Source: Gammaproteobacteria bacterium
GTDB taxonomy: Bacteria > Pseudomonadota > Gammaproteobacteria > CAJXQU01
DNA: 64,000 bases
Assembly (NCBI GenBank): GCA_045110495.1
Contig: JBGCGE010000020.1
Location: 2,342-66,341 of the forward strand
Reading direction: 5' to 3'
Shown here: positions 33,074 through 44,482 of the stretch, in pieces
How positions within the stretch are numbered: position 1 is the stretch's first letter
How the letters are laid out: every line of letters begins with the position of its first letter
Notes under the pieces: generated by a model
The model's input: only the letters and a program-made list of their open reading frames with translations
What the model was told of the DNA's origin: nothing
Database searches by the model: none
Made by a program: the position numbers and the translations under genes

Positions 33074-34597
33074 TTAATATCCTATATTTATTTCTACCCG
33101 ACGTGCCTCTGCAGGCTCGCCAGTTCCAGTTGTCTCAACTGGCTTTTCCGCAAAAATTCTATCATTAGAAATACCAGCTGCTTTCAACATTTTTACCGCA
33201 GTTTTAGCACGTCTATTTGCTAGATCCTTATTATAAAGAGCGTTACCACTAGGATCATGGAAGCCAGATACAAATGCGATCGCTTTTTCATTTTTCTTCA
33301 AATAAGCGACGACACTATCCAGAGAATTGTTACTGTCATCAGGGTTACTCGCTTTATCCACACCAAAATAAAGACGTGCAGCTGGCACAAATGTCGAAAT
33401 CGGTTCTGACTTAGCCACAACTTTTATCGGGGTAGGAATATATTGAACTGGTTCTGAGACAATAACTCTACGAGTTGCTGTAGACGTATTTCCCGCACTA
33501 TCTGTTGCCGAATAAATAATTACATGAGAACCAACACTAGCAGTATTAACCGCCCCTTGTGTAGTCACCGTCAATTTACCATCGGTAGCATCATGCGCCT
33601 TAGCGCCAGCATCCTTATAGTGCTCACCTCTGTCTAAATAGATCACAGGACCATCGTGTAAGGTGATTACTGGTGCGGTAGCATCCGCAGCCTCTACAAC
33701 CACTCTACGCATTTTTGTAGCTGTATTTCCAGCAGAATCAGTAACACTATAGGAAATGTGATATTCCCCAGCTCTATTGGTATCTACATTACCCTCTGTA
33801 GTGACTTGAAGGTTTCCATCATTAGCATCGACGGCTTTAGCACCATGCTCAACATACGTATCACCAGATTTTAGATAGAGGACCGAAGCGTCATTCAAAC
33901 TAATAATGGGTGCGTCTTTATCAGGATCAACAACGACGACTTTTCGCATCGCTGTTGAAGTGTTTCCCGCAGAGTCTGTAGCTGAATAATTAACCGCATA
34001 TTCTCCAGCCGTTCCTGTATCAACCATACCCTCAGTTTTTACAGAAATATCGCCATCAAGTGCATCCGTTGCAGACGCGCCAGCTTCCACATACTCTTCA
34101 CCTGTTTTCAAATACACGGTTGATGAACCGCCCAAAGTAATCAAGGGTGCGGCCGTGTCATCTGGATCAGAGACGATCACTTTACGCGTTTCTGATGAAG
34201 TATTCCCTGCTGCATCAGTAACATTGTAAGTGACTATATATTCCCCAGCCCTCGTCGTATCGACCGTACCATCAGTGGTTACTGTAACATTACCATCAAC
34301 TCCATCTACCGCTCTTGCCCCGGGTTCAACATATTGCTGACCGGTCGTTAAATGCAGGACGGAATCATTATTTAAGGTGATCAATGGTGCAATAGTGTCT
34401 GGCACTGTGATCAACTTTTCGATAGTTTTAACCTCTGTTCTCACTTCCACAGGTACTGGACATGCTTTACCGCCTGGCCCGTATCCCATAAACCATGTGA
34501 TCAATAAGAAAAGAAATAAAAGTATCGCTACGATCCACCATAATCGGCGGAAGCCAGGCCAGTAAGGTGAGATATATTCTTCGTTATGATTTGTCAT
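33074..34597 (-). CDS. membrane-anchored protein with 5 tandem Ig-like (DUF5011-type) repeats and C-terminal OmpA peptidoglycan-binding domain
   Basis: N-terminal TM, then five repeats of about 75 aa (..PLITL...YVE.GA.A.D..DG...VTT.G.VDT...GEY...Y..TDSAGNT....R.V.V) and an OmpA_C-like tail (NRRAKTAVKMLKAAGI). Confidence 0.7.
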   Translation of the reverse strand: MTNHNEEYISPYWPGFRRLWWIVAILLFLFLLITWFMGYGPGGKACPVPVEVRTEVKTIEKLITVPDTIAPLITLNNDSVLHLTTGQQYVEPGARAVDGVDGNVTVTTDGTVDTTRAGEYIVTYNVTDAAGNTSSETRKVIVSDPDDTAAPLITLGGSSTVYLKTGEEYVEAGASATDALDGDISVKTEGMVDTGTAGEYAVNYSATDSAGNTSTAMRKVVVVDPDKDAPIISLNDASVLYLKSGDTYVEHGAKAVDANDGNLQVTTEGNVDTNRAGEYHISYSVTDSAGNTATKMRRVVVEAADATAPVITLHDGPVIYLDRGEHYKDAGAKAHDATDGKLTVTTQGAVNTASVGSHVIIYSATDSAGNTSTATRRVIVSEPVQYIPTPIKVVAKSEPISTFVPAARLYFGVDKASNPDDSNNSLDSVVAYLKKNEKAIAFVSGFHDPSGNALYNKDLANRRAKTAVKMLKAAGISNDRIFAEKPVETTGTGEPAEARRVEINIGY

Positions 34598-34599
34598 GA

Positions 34600-35727
34600 C
34601 TATTCCTTACCTCCATCAAGTTCATCTTGCCATTTTTTCAGTGCTTCCCATTCATTCCTGGCCGCAAGATCTGATTGATCCGGCCAAGTGTCTGGTCTGG
34701 CCAGAGAAAAATTAGGCCCCGCATCATCCAGAATTTTCTGAATAGCGGTAATTGCAGTAGTCGCAAGCTCGCCATAGGTATGGATACCATCAGCATGAAT
34801 TAGATCATTAATTTTGGGACCAATTCCCTCAACCACGGTGAAGTCATCCCGATCACCTTTACGTCTAATTCTAAAACCAGCTGCTTTTGCCTGATCAATA
34901 TCTGCAACCGATCCTTTTGGAACTGCTGCAGCTGCTAGACGATAAGCTTGTAACTCTCCTTCAAGCTCTTTAATTTTTGCGGCATCATTTGAAGATGAAC
35001 CATTTCCCGTGTTACTTGGACTGGAAGATCCATCAGGATAGACACCGCCATCAAGAATATCTTGCAATGCTTTTAAAGCAGGCCAACGGTTTGATGCTGC
35101 AAGATTCGCCTGATCTGGCCAAGTACCAGGATTTGCCATCTGATAATTTGGTCCTGCCTTATCGAGTATAGTTTGGATATAAAAAGGATCTGTTTCTGAC
35201 AACTCTCTGAAAGTATGAATTCCGTCCTCATGGATCAAATCGTTAATCTTCGGACCGATACCTTCAATGGCGGTGAAATCATCTTCTTTTTTAATTGAAA
35301 TGCCTGCTGCTCGAGCTGCAGGTAAATCTATTGCAGGACCACGTTTCCAAAGATTAACTTCATCTTCAAGCTGACCGATTCGTTGCAAATGATCTGGGTT
35401 ATCAACTAATTTTTGGACTTCAACTGTTTCTGGTTTTCTCTGTTTAAGAACATTGATTTCATCCTGGAGTAGATTAATCCGTTTCAGGTGTTCTGGATTA
35501 TCAACTAGCTTTTCGACTTCAACTGTCGTTGGTTTTGTATTTTCCAGTTTTGAAATAAGTGCTAAGTGTTTAGGATTATCAACTATTTTTTCTACTTCCA
35601 CTTCCTTCTCTATGATTCTTTCTTCAGGTGGCTCTCCATACTTAAGTCGACGTGCAAACCAACCGCTGAGTAACCAGCCGATCAATCCGCCAGCCAACCA
35701 GGGCCATAACTTACATAGTAATAACAT
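34600..35727 (-). CDS. membrane protein with coiled-coil repeats and duplicated helix-hairpin-helix module
   Basis: N-terminal TM; repeated EKLVDNPEHL..VEV units; two copies of about 80 aa DDFT.IEGIGPKINDLIH.DGIHT(F/Y).EL....W..L...QD.LDGG. Confidence 0.5.
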   Translation of the reverse strand: MLLLCKLWPWLAGGLIGWLLSGWFARRLKYGEPPEERIIEKEVEVEKIVDNPKHLALISKLENTKPTTVEVEKLVDNPEHLKRINLLQDEINVLKQRKPETVEVQKLVDNPDHLQRIGQLEDEVNLWKRGPAIDLPAARAAGISIKKEDDFTAIEGIGPKINDLIHEDGIHTFRELSETDPFYIQTILDKAGPNYQMANPGTWPDQANLAASNRWPALKALQDILDGGVYPDGSSSPSNTGNGSSSNDAAKIKELEGELQAYRLAAAAVPKGSVADIDQAKAAGFRIRRKGDRDDFTVVEGIGPKINDLIHADGIHTYGELATTAITAIQKILDDAGPNFSLARPDTWPDQSDLAARNEWEALKKWQDELDGGKE

Positions 35728-35935
35728 ATATTTTCTCCCTTTCAGAAATTATTGTGTGTCATCAATACATGCCAATGACGTTCTTATTTTAGGGTTAACT
35801 CATCTATAAAATCATTCAGATTTTATTACGCTTATTTTTATAAAAAATAATAAAACCTGTTAATCCATATCTATAGAGCTGCCTCATTTTAACCCCAGTT
35901 CTTTCGTGTTTGTCAAATTTCTGTCATCTCGGAGC

Positions 35936-38059
35936 TTATTCAATAATTGGACTGTCTGCTTTAGATATATTTTTTAGCCGCTCCAAAAGCTCTAACCAAT
36001 CTACTTCGTGGTTAAATCCTTTGATATTAAGCCAGGGAGGAAAAAACCCACGTTTAACAATGTAGTAGCCATTTTCCGTTTTCTCAACACCGTCCATATA
36101 GCAAATAGAATCTATCAATTTACAACTAAGCCCTAACTTCGAATATGGAAAATCTTCGAAAACACCCAGTACACCACGTGATATTGCATTGGCGCCACCA
36201 CCTCCGCCAATGCTCGTTAAGTTATCAATTGCACGTTGGCTGATTCGATGTCGAGACTTGTCATTTTCTGGTGTCCGGAAATTCGCATCAAATTTGACGG
36301 GCTGCCATGTATCCAGACGCATATCACGCATATAACCGCTGAGCTTGCCGGTAATATCGCCGAATTCAAACGTTTTTGTCAGGATACCCAGATCTAGATT
36401 CTCCACGGATAAATCCGCATACAAGGTCGGGATCAGATCAAATAAATCTTCTATTCTTAATTTACTTATTAAAATATCCCCATCAAAAACGTTGATACGT
36501 AATTGACCTTCGCTTGTTAAATCTCCTCCATGATATGAAATGCCCGGTATCTCACCTGAAATATTACCTGCCATAAGCGGCCAACCTAAAGCTTCTGTAA
36601 ATTCACTAAAAGTAATCGGTGTTAACTTGCTATTTATGTGAACAGAATAATCTGTGAGACCTAGCTCTTTCATCTCAAGCTTATCTACATGAAGTGCACC
36701 ATCAAAAATTGGGATAACCATTTTCTGCCGAAGCGACATTGAACGACCTTTTGATGACAATTTCATTTTACTTGCACCAATATTCATTTTATAAATAGAT
36801 CCTCCCTGCCACTGCATTTCAGAATCTTTTACGTTTGGATCACTATTCAGGTGTATATCGCCATCCAGGCCGGCGATATGAAATCGACTTGCTTTATCTT
36901 CAACAAAAACATCTTGTAGGATAATATGAAAATCTGTGATGCCACTTGCAGCTAACTTTAACTGCAAATTAGTTTCACCAACAATTTCCAGCCCATCAAG
37001 CCCGCTGCCGAAAAGTAAAGGTTGTATATAAATTGGAAAAACTGTGTGAAGCTCGTGCGTATTTAATTCGAGTGCGAGATTTTCAATCGATGAATCTTCC
37101 GACGTTTCTTTTTTTGTTCTAATAGTGCCATTTGTTTTGATCGTGACCACATCGGGGTGATCAAATAATAAACTATGAATTTTTATTTTATCTTCCTGCC
37201 AGATGCCATTCGATGACAAACTAATTGGCTGCGATTCTGGAGAAAACAAAAAGCCTGGGGAGACGGCTCCAACGGTAAACCCAGGTTCTATATAAATAGC
37301 ACCATCGATCAACTTTAAGGTTTCTTTAAAGTGATATTCAGCACCTTTTTTTTCAACAGAAATGTCTAAGCTCGCATCTAAGTCTTCAGCAACAGAATTA
37401 CCGTCAAAACCAAGGTCATAAGTTCGCAAACTTATATTTGCAAATTGAAGATTTGTATCTCGGCCATTTGCGATCAGATTTAGATTTATATGGCCGGTTT
37501 CATCGGAGGTTATTTCTGGCAATTCGACGAATAATATTGCGATATTTTTTAAAGCCGCAACGTCGATTGATTTTCCTTTAAGATCAATTTCCCAACTTTC
37601 ATCTTTCAACTTTAAATCAACATCAAGACGACCTTTTGCGACTTGTAAATTTTTGATCGAAGCTTCCAGCAGATCACTTTCCTGATCAAATAAAAAATCA
37701 ATCTTGCCTTTTACTTTTCCCAGTTGTGGATGTTTTGCGGAAAAATTTCCTGATTTACATTCTGTTTTTTTAAATTGCAAAAAGGTTTGAAGCGTAGGAA
37801 CGGGACAATTGATGATTACTTGTTTGAGGTTTATCCCGGTGGTAGATTTTATTTGATCTATTGAGATCAATAATTCGGGAACATTTGTAGACGAACGATC
37901 TGCGGAAATATCAAACTGAAAATAGAGATTACTAAACTTCCAACCAGAAAAATCAGCCTCTTCAATTTCAAAATCAAAAAGATCAAATCCGTTGGCGTTT
38001 GTGACGAAAACACTTGAAATCAGTAGCAAAATAATCAAGCGTATTTTTATCATCAACAA
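35936..38059 (-). CDS. large exported protein (707 aa), possibly AsmA/YdbH-like
   Basis: Signal peptide/TM at the N-terminus and a long beta-rich sequence. The family assignment is a guess. Confidence 0.45.
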   Translation of the reverse strand: MLMIKIRLIILLLISSVFVTNANGFDLFDFEIEEADFSGWKFSNLYFQFDISADRSSTNVPELLISIDQIKSTTGINLKQVIINCPVPTLQTFLQFKKTECKSGNFSAKHPQLGKVKGKIDFLFDQESDLLEASIKNLQVAKGRLDVDLKLKDESWEIDLKGKSIDVAALKNIAILFVELPEITSDETGHINLNLIANGRDTNLQFANISLRTYDLGFDGNSVAEDLDASLDISVEKKGAEYHFKETLKLIDGAIYIEPGFTVGAVSPGFLFSPESQPISLSSNGIWQEDKIKIHSLLFDHPDVVTIKTNGTIRTKKETSEDSSIENLALELNTHELHTVFPIYIQPLLFGSGLDGLEIVGETNLQLKLAASGITDFHIILQDVFVEDKASRFHIAGLDGDIHLNSDPNVKDSEMQWQGGSIYKMNIGASKMKLSSKGRSMSLRQKMVIPIFDGALHVDKLEMKELGLTDYSVHINSKLTPITFSEFTEALGWPLMAGNISGEIPGISYHGGDLTSEGQLRINVFDGDILISKLRIEDLFDLIPTLYADLSVENLDLGILTKTFEFGDITGKLSGYMRDMRLDTWQPVKFDANFRTPENDKSRHRISQRAIDNLTSIGGGGGANAISRGVLGVFEDFPYSKLGLSCKLIDSICYMDGVEKTENGYYIVKRGFFPPWLNIKGFNHEVDWLELLERLKNISKADSPIIE

Positions 38060-38067
38060 TCCTTATC

Positions 38068-38994
38068 TCAACCGGGAAAAACTCCAGTAGAAATATAGCG
38101 GTCACCTCGATCACAGACAATAACCGCAATGACCGCATTTTCTACCTGCTCTGACAAACGCAAAGCCGCAGCAACTGCACCACCGGAAGATACGCCACAA
38201 AATATGCCTTCTTCTGAACCTAACTTAAGCATGGTTTCTTCTGCCGTTTTTTGATCTATATCGAGTACCTTATCAACGCGAGTAGCATCGTATATTTTGG
38301 GTAAATATTCTTTTGGCCAGCGTCGAATTCCAGGAATGCTTGCATCACCTTCGGGCTGAACACCGACAATCTGAATATCAGGATTGACACTTTTCAGATA
38401 TTTTGACGTTCCCATAATCGTACCCGTTGTGCCCATCGAGCTTACAAAATGAGTTAGCTTGCCTTGCGTATCTCGCCACAATTCTGGCCCTGTTCCTTCA
38501 AAATGCGCACGCGGATTATCTGGATTAGAAAATTGATCAAGCACGATTCCTTTACCCTCTGCTTCCATTTTTCTTGAGAGATCAATCGCAGATTCCATAC
38601 TGCCTTCCGACGGTGTAAGAATGATCTCTGCGCCATAGGCTTTCATCGAGGCACGCCGCTCAGCACTCATATTATCTGGCATGAGCAAAATCATACGATA
38701 ACCTTTTATTGCTGCGGCCATCGCAAGCGCAATCCCAGTATTACCGCTGGTTGCTTCGATCAAAGTATCACCCGGTTTTATTTCGCCGCGTTTTTCAGCA
38801 TTAAGAATCATACTGAGCGCAGGCCGATCTTTAACTGATCCAGCCGGATTATCGCCCTCTAACTTAGCCAGGATCGTATTACTGGAATGGCCTTGTTTTT
38901 CAGGTAATCGCTGCAAACGAACTAGTGGGGTATTGCCTACAAAATTCTCTATCGTCGGAAAGTTATCAAGGAAAGTTTCATCCATACAAAACAT
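38068..38994 (-). CDS. cysM: cysteine synthase (CysM-like, PLP-dependent)
   Basis: PLP lysine motif SVKDRPA and glycine loop; 308 aa favours CysM over CysK. Confidence 0.8.
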   Translation of the reverse strand: MFCMDETFLDNFPTIENFVGNTPLVRLQRLPEKQGHSSNTILAKLEGDNPAGSVKDRPALSMILNAEKRGEIKPGDTLIEATSGNTGIALAMAAAIKGYRMILLMPDNMSAERRASMKAYGAEIILTPSEGSMESAIDLSRKMEAEGKGIVLDQFSNPDNPRAHFEGTGPELWRDTQGKLTHFVSSMGTTGTIMGTSKYLKSVNPDIQIVGVQPEGDASIPGIRRWPKEYLPKIYDATRVDKVLDIDQKTAEETMLKLGSEEGIFCGVSSGGAVAAALRLSEQVENAVIAVIVCDRGDRYISTGVFPG

Positions 38995-38997
38995 ATC

Positions 38998-39468
38998 TCA
39001 TATAAATAATTCCTTCGCCATAATGAGGGCATCTTCTCGACCATCAACGGCTGGGTAATAATCTTTGCGTAGACCTACTTCAGAAAAACCTTCTTCTTCA
39101 TACAATCGATAAGCAACAACATTACTCATCCGTACTTCCAGAAAAACCGTAGTGGCCTGCTGAATTCGTGAAATTTCTAATAAATGATTTAACAATAACC
39201 GTCCCAGGCCAAAACGGCGATAATCTTCTCTTATGCAAATATTTAAAATATGCGCTTCGCCTGCGGCCGCAGTCATAATCCCGTAGCCCACAATTTTCTG
39301 AGCGTATTCAATCACCCAGCAACCATAACCAACTTTCAAACAATCCTTATAAATGGATTCCTTCCATGGAAAATCATAAGAGACCAATTCAATCTCCATT
39401 ACGCCAGCTATGTCTTGTAACTGCATTGGGCGAATGTCGGATAAAACGAGATTACTGGCAGTACTCAC
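38998..39468 (-). CDS. rimI: GNAT N-acetyltransferase, RimI-like
   Basis: GNAT acetyl-CoA motif (RRFGLGRLLL) and RimI-like length. Confidence 0.7.
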   Translation of the reverse strand: MSTASNLVLSDIRPMQLQDIAGVMEIELVSYDFPWKESIYKDCLKVGYGCWVIEYAQKIVGYGIMTAAAGEAHILNICIREDYRRFGLGRLLLNHLLEISRIQQATTVFLEVRMSNVVAYRLYEEEGFSEVGLRKDYYPAVDGREDALIMAKELFI

Positions 39469-40280
39469 GTTTCCTCCATAAGAGATTTTGCTAGTAATAA
39501 ATCTTCCCAGGATTTATATTTTTGTGTTGGTGATCGCAATAAATAAGCAGGATGATAAGTAACAACAACGGGAATATTTTGTGGTTCGTAAATATATTTT
39601 TTACCGCGCATTTTACCGATAGGCGTATCCAGTTTTAGTAAATTTTGTGCAGCAATTCTCCCAACACATAAAATAATTTTTGGTTTGATCAATTCAATTT
39701 GACGCTGTAGATAGGCCGAGCAAGAAACCACTTCTTCGGGTCTTGGATCGCGATTTTCTGGCGGTCTGCATTTAAGTATATTTGCAATAAATACTTGATC
39801 TCGAGATAAACCAACCGCCACTAACATCGAGTTTAAAAGTTGTCCTGCTCGCCCAACAAAAGGCTCGCCTTGACGATCTTCTTCAGCTCCTGGAGCTTCA
39901 CCAATAATCAACCAATCGGCATTTTGGTTTCCGACTCCAAATACAACTTGCGTTCGTGTTGTATGCAGATCACATTTGATACAACTCGCAACTCTATTTT
40001 GGAGTACTTCCCAAGTGTCACTATTGATCTCGTTAGCTTCTTGAGGTTCAGAGCTATGAACTTCGGACGACTTATCATGAGGCAAACTTTCATCCGTCTC
40101 GATAGAGATTGTTTCAATAACTGCGTCGCTTGATTGTATCTCAGTTGATTGCTTAGGAGTGACTTCAACAATTTGATCAAATTCGACCTGGTTACTCGCA
40201 TCAAAATGATCAGGATTCGTATCTCGCCTGACCCAAACATCAATTCCCATCGCATTCAGGTAGGCGAGTTTTTGACTCAC
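39465..40280 (-). CDS. family 4 uracil-DNA glycosylase with acidic N-terminal extension
   Basis: GEAPGAEED..GxPFVGRAG motif with Cys ligands (C..C, C..C) for a 4Fe-4S cluster, and an N-terminal Ser/Glu-rich extension of about 100 aa. Confidence 0.8.
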   Translation of the reverse strand: MSQKLAYLNAMGIDVWVRRDTNPDHFDASNQVEFDQIVEVTPKQSTEIQSSDAVIETISIETDESLPHDKSSEVHSSEPQEANEINSDTWEVLQNRVASCIKCDLHTTRTQVVFGVGNQNADWLIIGEAPGAEEDRQGEPFVGRAGQLLNSMLVAVGLSRDQVFIANILKCRPPENRDPRPEEVVSCSAYLQRQIELIKPKIILCVGRIAAQNLLKLDTPIGKMRGKKYIYEPQNIPVVVTYHPAYLLRSPTQKYKSWEDLLLAKSLMEET

Positions 40281-41824
40281 AGTTTAGCGGCAACTTGCGG
40301 ATGTTTTCTACCAGTGACCGACATAAGTGTATTCAAAGCATTTAAATACGCTTTAGCAGAAGCAGCAATAATATCGGTGTCTGCACCTTGACCATTTACG
40401 ACTCGATCTTCAAGCTGCAATCGAACCGCAACTTCTCCTTGAGAAGAGGTACCACTAGTAATATTACTCACAGAATAGAGCAACAGATCACTACCGCTAT
40501 TGACGATTGTTTCTATTGCCATAAAAGTCGCATCTACAGGACCACTACCCGCTGCTGATCCGGTTTTTTCTTCTCCATCAATCGTCAAAGTAATTTCTGC
40601 AACCGGCGTTTCTCCCATTTCAGAATTCACTTTTAACGCGATCAATTTTGCCCATTCGACTTCACTGGCGAGATAAGTTTCGGTCACTAACGTTTGCAGA
40701 TCTTCATCAAAAATTTCGTGCTTTCTGTCTGCAAGATCTTTAAATCTTGAAAAGGCTTCATTCAGATCTTCTTCGCGTTCAAAACTAACACCTAATTCGT
40801 GCAAACGTGTTTTGAATGCATTTCGACCCGAATGTTTACCCATGACCATCCGGTTCGCATTCCAGCCAACATCTTCCGCCCGCATGATTTCGTATGTTTC
40901 ACGGCTTTTGATCACGCCATCCTGATGAATACCCGATTCATGTGCAAATGCATTCGCACCAACGATCGCTTTGTTTGGTTGCACAGGAAATCCTGTGACA
41001 CTGGAAACCAGGCGTGAGCAATTCATAATTTGGGTGGTGTCGAGAGTCGTGTCACATGGAAAAATATCCTGGCGCGTCTTAACCGCCATAACAATTTCTT
41101 CCAGCGATGCATTTCCCGCACGTTCGCCCAGGCCATTAATCGTACATTCCACCTGACGAGCACCATGCATAACAGCCGATAGTGAATTACCTACCGCAAG
41201 CCCTAAATCATTATGACAATGAACAGAAAAAACGGCTTTGTCGCTGTTTGGGATCCTTTCGATCAATTCACCAATTAATGCACCAAATCTATCTGGTAAA
41301 TTATAACCAACCGTATCGGGAATATTAATCGTAGTTGCTCCGGCATCGATAACAGCTTCGATAATACGACACAGAAAATCGGATTCTGATCGACCCGCAT
41401 CCTCAGGTGAGAACTCGACATTTTCTGTCAAATTTCTCGCTCTTTTAACAGCGCGAATCGCCTGTTCAACTACCTGATCTGGCTCCATTTGCAATTTCGC
41501 TTTCATATGAATTGGAGAGGTTGCAATGAAGGTATGAATCCGCGATGAAGCAGCAGGTTCTAATGCTTCACCAGCACGATCAATATCTTTGTCCATAGCA
41601 CGAGCCAAGCCACAAACCGTACTGTCTTTTACTGCCTCAGCCACAGCTCGCACTGATTCAAAATCCCCGGGACTGGCAATTGGGAACCCAGCTTCTATAA
41701 CATCGACTTTCATACGTTCAAGAGCCTTAGCTATACGAAGTTTTTCATCTTTCGTCATTGATGCGCCAGGGCTTTGCTCACCATCACGCAAAGTTGTGTC
41801 GAAAATAATTAATTTATCACTCAT
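40277..41824 (-). CDS. leuA: 2-isopropylmalate synthase (long form)
   Basis: [24 protein letters not shown]-terminus with HxH metal site and LeuA dimerisation domain. Start ATG 41824, not the upstream 41860. Confidence 0.95.
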   Translation of the reverse strand: MSDKLIIFDTTLRDGEQSPGASMTKDEKLRIAKALERMKVDVIEAGFPIASPGDFESVRAVAEAVKDSTVCGLARAMDKDIDRAGEALEPAASSRIHTFIATSPIHMKAKLQMEPDQVVEQAIRAVKRARNLTENVEFSPEDAGRSESDFLCRIIEAVIDAGATTINIPDTVGYNLPDRFGALIGELIERIPNSDKAVFSVHCHNDLGLAVGNSLSAVMHGARQVECTINGLGERAGNASLEEIVMAVKTRQDIFPCDTTLDTTQIMNCSRLVSSVTGFPVQPNKAIVGANAFAHESGIHQDGVIKSRETYEIMRAEDVGWNANRMVMGKHSGRNAFKTRLHELGVSFEREEDLNEAFSRFKDLADRKHEIFDEDLQTLVTETYLASEVEWAKLIALKVNSEMGETPVAEITLTIDGEEKTGSAAGSGPVDATFMAIETIVNSGSDLLLYSVSNITSGTSSQGEVAVRLQLEDRVVNGQGADTDIIAASAKAYLNALNTLMSVTGRKHPQVAAKL

Positions 41825-41937
41825 TTTTTTGATTGCTCCTACTGCATATTCTAGCAGCATGCTACATGTTGTTTCTATTCAATATTGTGTTGGTAAATAT
41901 TGGTTATATGAAACGCGTTTTTCCTCGCCAGGTGAAA

Positions 41938-42063
41938 TTAATAATTAGCCCACAAGGGCAGGAGCTGGAGAGCAGGTAGGCACAACAATAACTCACGCGC
42001 GCGGCGTGACAAAACAATTTGATAATTAGCTAAATTTGTTAATTGTTGTTTTGTAGAAAACAT
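41938..42063 (-). CDS. candidate leu operon leader peptide (41 aa, Leu-rich)
   Basis: The minus-strand ORF encodes MFSTKQQLTNLANYQIVLSRRARELLLCLPALQLLPLWANY, 11 Leu including an LLLCL run, about 110 nt upstream of leuA. No clear terminator hairpin was found. Confidence 0.3.
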   Translation of the reverse strand: MFSTKQQLTNLANYQIVLSRRARELLLCLPALQLLPLWANY

Positions 42064-42097
42064 ATTCGTAAAAGATAACCGAGAACCAGTTAAGTTA

Positions 42098-42868
42098 TCA
42101 ACCTTTTTCTTCATAACTTGAATCTTCAGAATTTGATCGGCGTGCTCGATGCTTTTTTAATTGAAACAATGTCATCACTGGACCTGATAATGCATAAGCC
42201 ATGAAAAGCATAAATAATACTGAAGGCGGTTCAAGTGAAACCAAAACAAAAACCAGTACAACCGCCAAGATATGTACGAAAGGGACTTTCCCTTTCAAAT
42301 CGATACTTTTAAAACTATTGTATCGGACATTACTGATCATCAGTATTCCGGCGAGGATAGTAACTACCATTGCAACGATACTTAGCGCGCCAGAAGGCTC
42401 GAGCTTATATTCTTCACCTATCCAAACCAGAGCGACCACAATTCCTGCTGCTGAGGGGCTTGGTAAGCCTTGAAAATAATTTTTATCCGCAGTCTCAACT
42501 TGAGTGTTAAATCTCGCAAGCCTCAGTGCGGCAGCAGCTGTATAGACAAATGCAGCAACCCATCCAACCCGACCAAAACCTGTTAAACCCCACTGGTAGA
42601 TTATCAATGCAGGAGCAAGACCAAACGAAATCATGTCTGATAAACTATCGTATTCAGCCCCAAAATCACTTTGTGTATTTGTCATGCGAGCAACTCGACC
42701 ATCCATTCCATCTAAAATCATCGCGATGAAAATAGCGATCGCAGCCGCTTCAAAGCGACCATTAATAGAAGCTACTATGGCATAAAAACCAGAAAATAAT
42801 GCAGCAGTCGTAAAGAGGTTGGGAAGAAGATAAATCCCCCGGCGTTGATTAAGGCTATTTTTGGGCAT
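42098..42868 (-). CDS. pssA: CDP-diacylglycerol--serine O-phosphatidyltransferase (CDP-alcohol phosphatidyltransferase type)
   Basis: DGxxAR..G..D...D signature (DGMDGRVARMT..GAEYDSLSD) and multi-TM. Confidence 0.85.
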   Translation of the reverse strand: MPKNSLNQRRGIYLLPNLFTTAALFSGFYAIVASINGRFEAAAIAIFIAMILDGMDGRVARMTNTQSDFGAEYDSLSDMISFGLAPALIIYQWGLTGFGRVGWVAAFVYTAAAALRLARFNTQVETADKNYFQGLPSPSAAGIVVALVWIGEEYKLEPSGALSIVAMVVTILAGILMISNVRYNSFKSIDLKGKVPFVHILAVVLVFVLVSLEPPSVLFMLFMAYALSGPVMTLFQLKKHRARRSNSEDSSYEEKG

Positions 42869-42948
42869 GTCTTAATCTGATCCTCTTAAGGAAATTCTGA
42901 GCCTCACAAGTGAAGCCAGGAGATGATGATCGATCAATTCTTGTTTAT

Positions 42949-43968
<1,020 letters not shown>

Positions 43969-43990
43969 TTATCTCGATGTTATAAATGAT

Positions 43991-44482
43991 CTACAAATGA
44001 AGTGCGTTTTCACCGCGAGCAATCCCCGTTAGGCCTGTTCGCACCACCTCAATGATTTCTTTTTTATCCAATGCCTCTAATAGCGCATTAAGCTTTTTAC
44101 CCGTGCCGGTAAGCTCAATCGTATAGGTTGCGTCAGTCACATCAATAATCCGACCGCGGAAAATTTCAACCAACCGTTTTACCTCTTCTCTTGCCGCTCC
44201 ACTGGCAGATGTTTTCACCAGCATCAACTCACGCTCGATATGCCGTACTTCATTTAAGTCGGCTAATTTTATCACGTCAACTAACTTATTTAATTGCTTT
44301 TGGATCTGCTCTATTGTGGCATCTGATCCACTCGTCACCAAAGTCATTCGAGACATGGTTGGATCTTCTGTCGGTGCAACTGTTAGTGATTCAATATTGT
44401 AAGCACGCGCAGAAAATAATCCTGCCACTCGTGACAATGCACCAGCTTCATTTTCCAACAGAATAGAGATGATATGCCGCAT
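43991..44482 (-). CDS. ilvH: acetolactate synthase small (regulatory) subunit
   Basis: ACT domain MRHIISILLENEAGALSRV. Confidence 0.9.
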   Translation of the reverse strand: MRHIISILLENEAGALSRVAGLFSARAYNIESLTVAPTEDPTMSRMTLVTSGSDATIEQIQKQLNKLVDVIKLADLNEVRHIERELMLVKTSASGAAREEVKRLVEIFRGRIIDVTDATYTIELTGTGKKLNALLEALDKKEIIEVVRTGLTGIARGENALHL

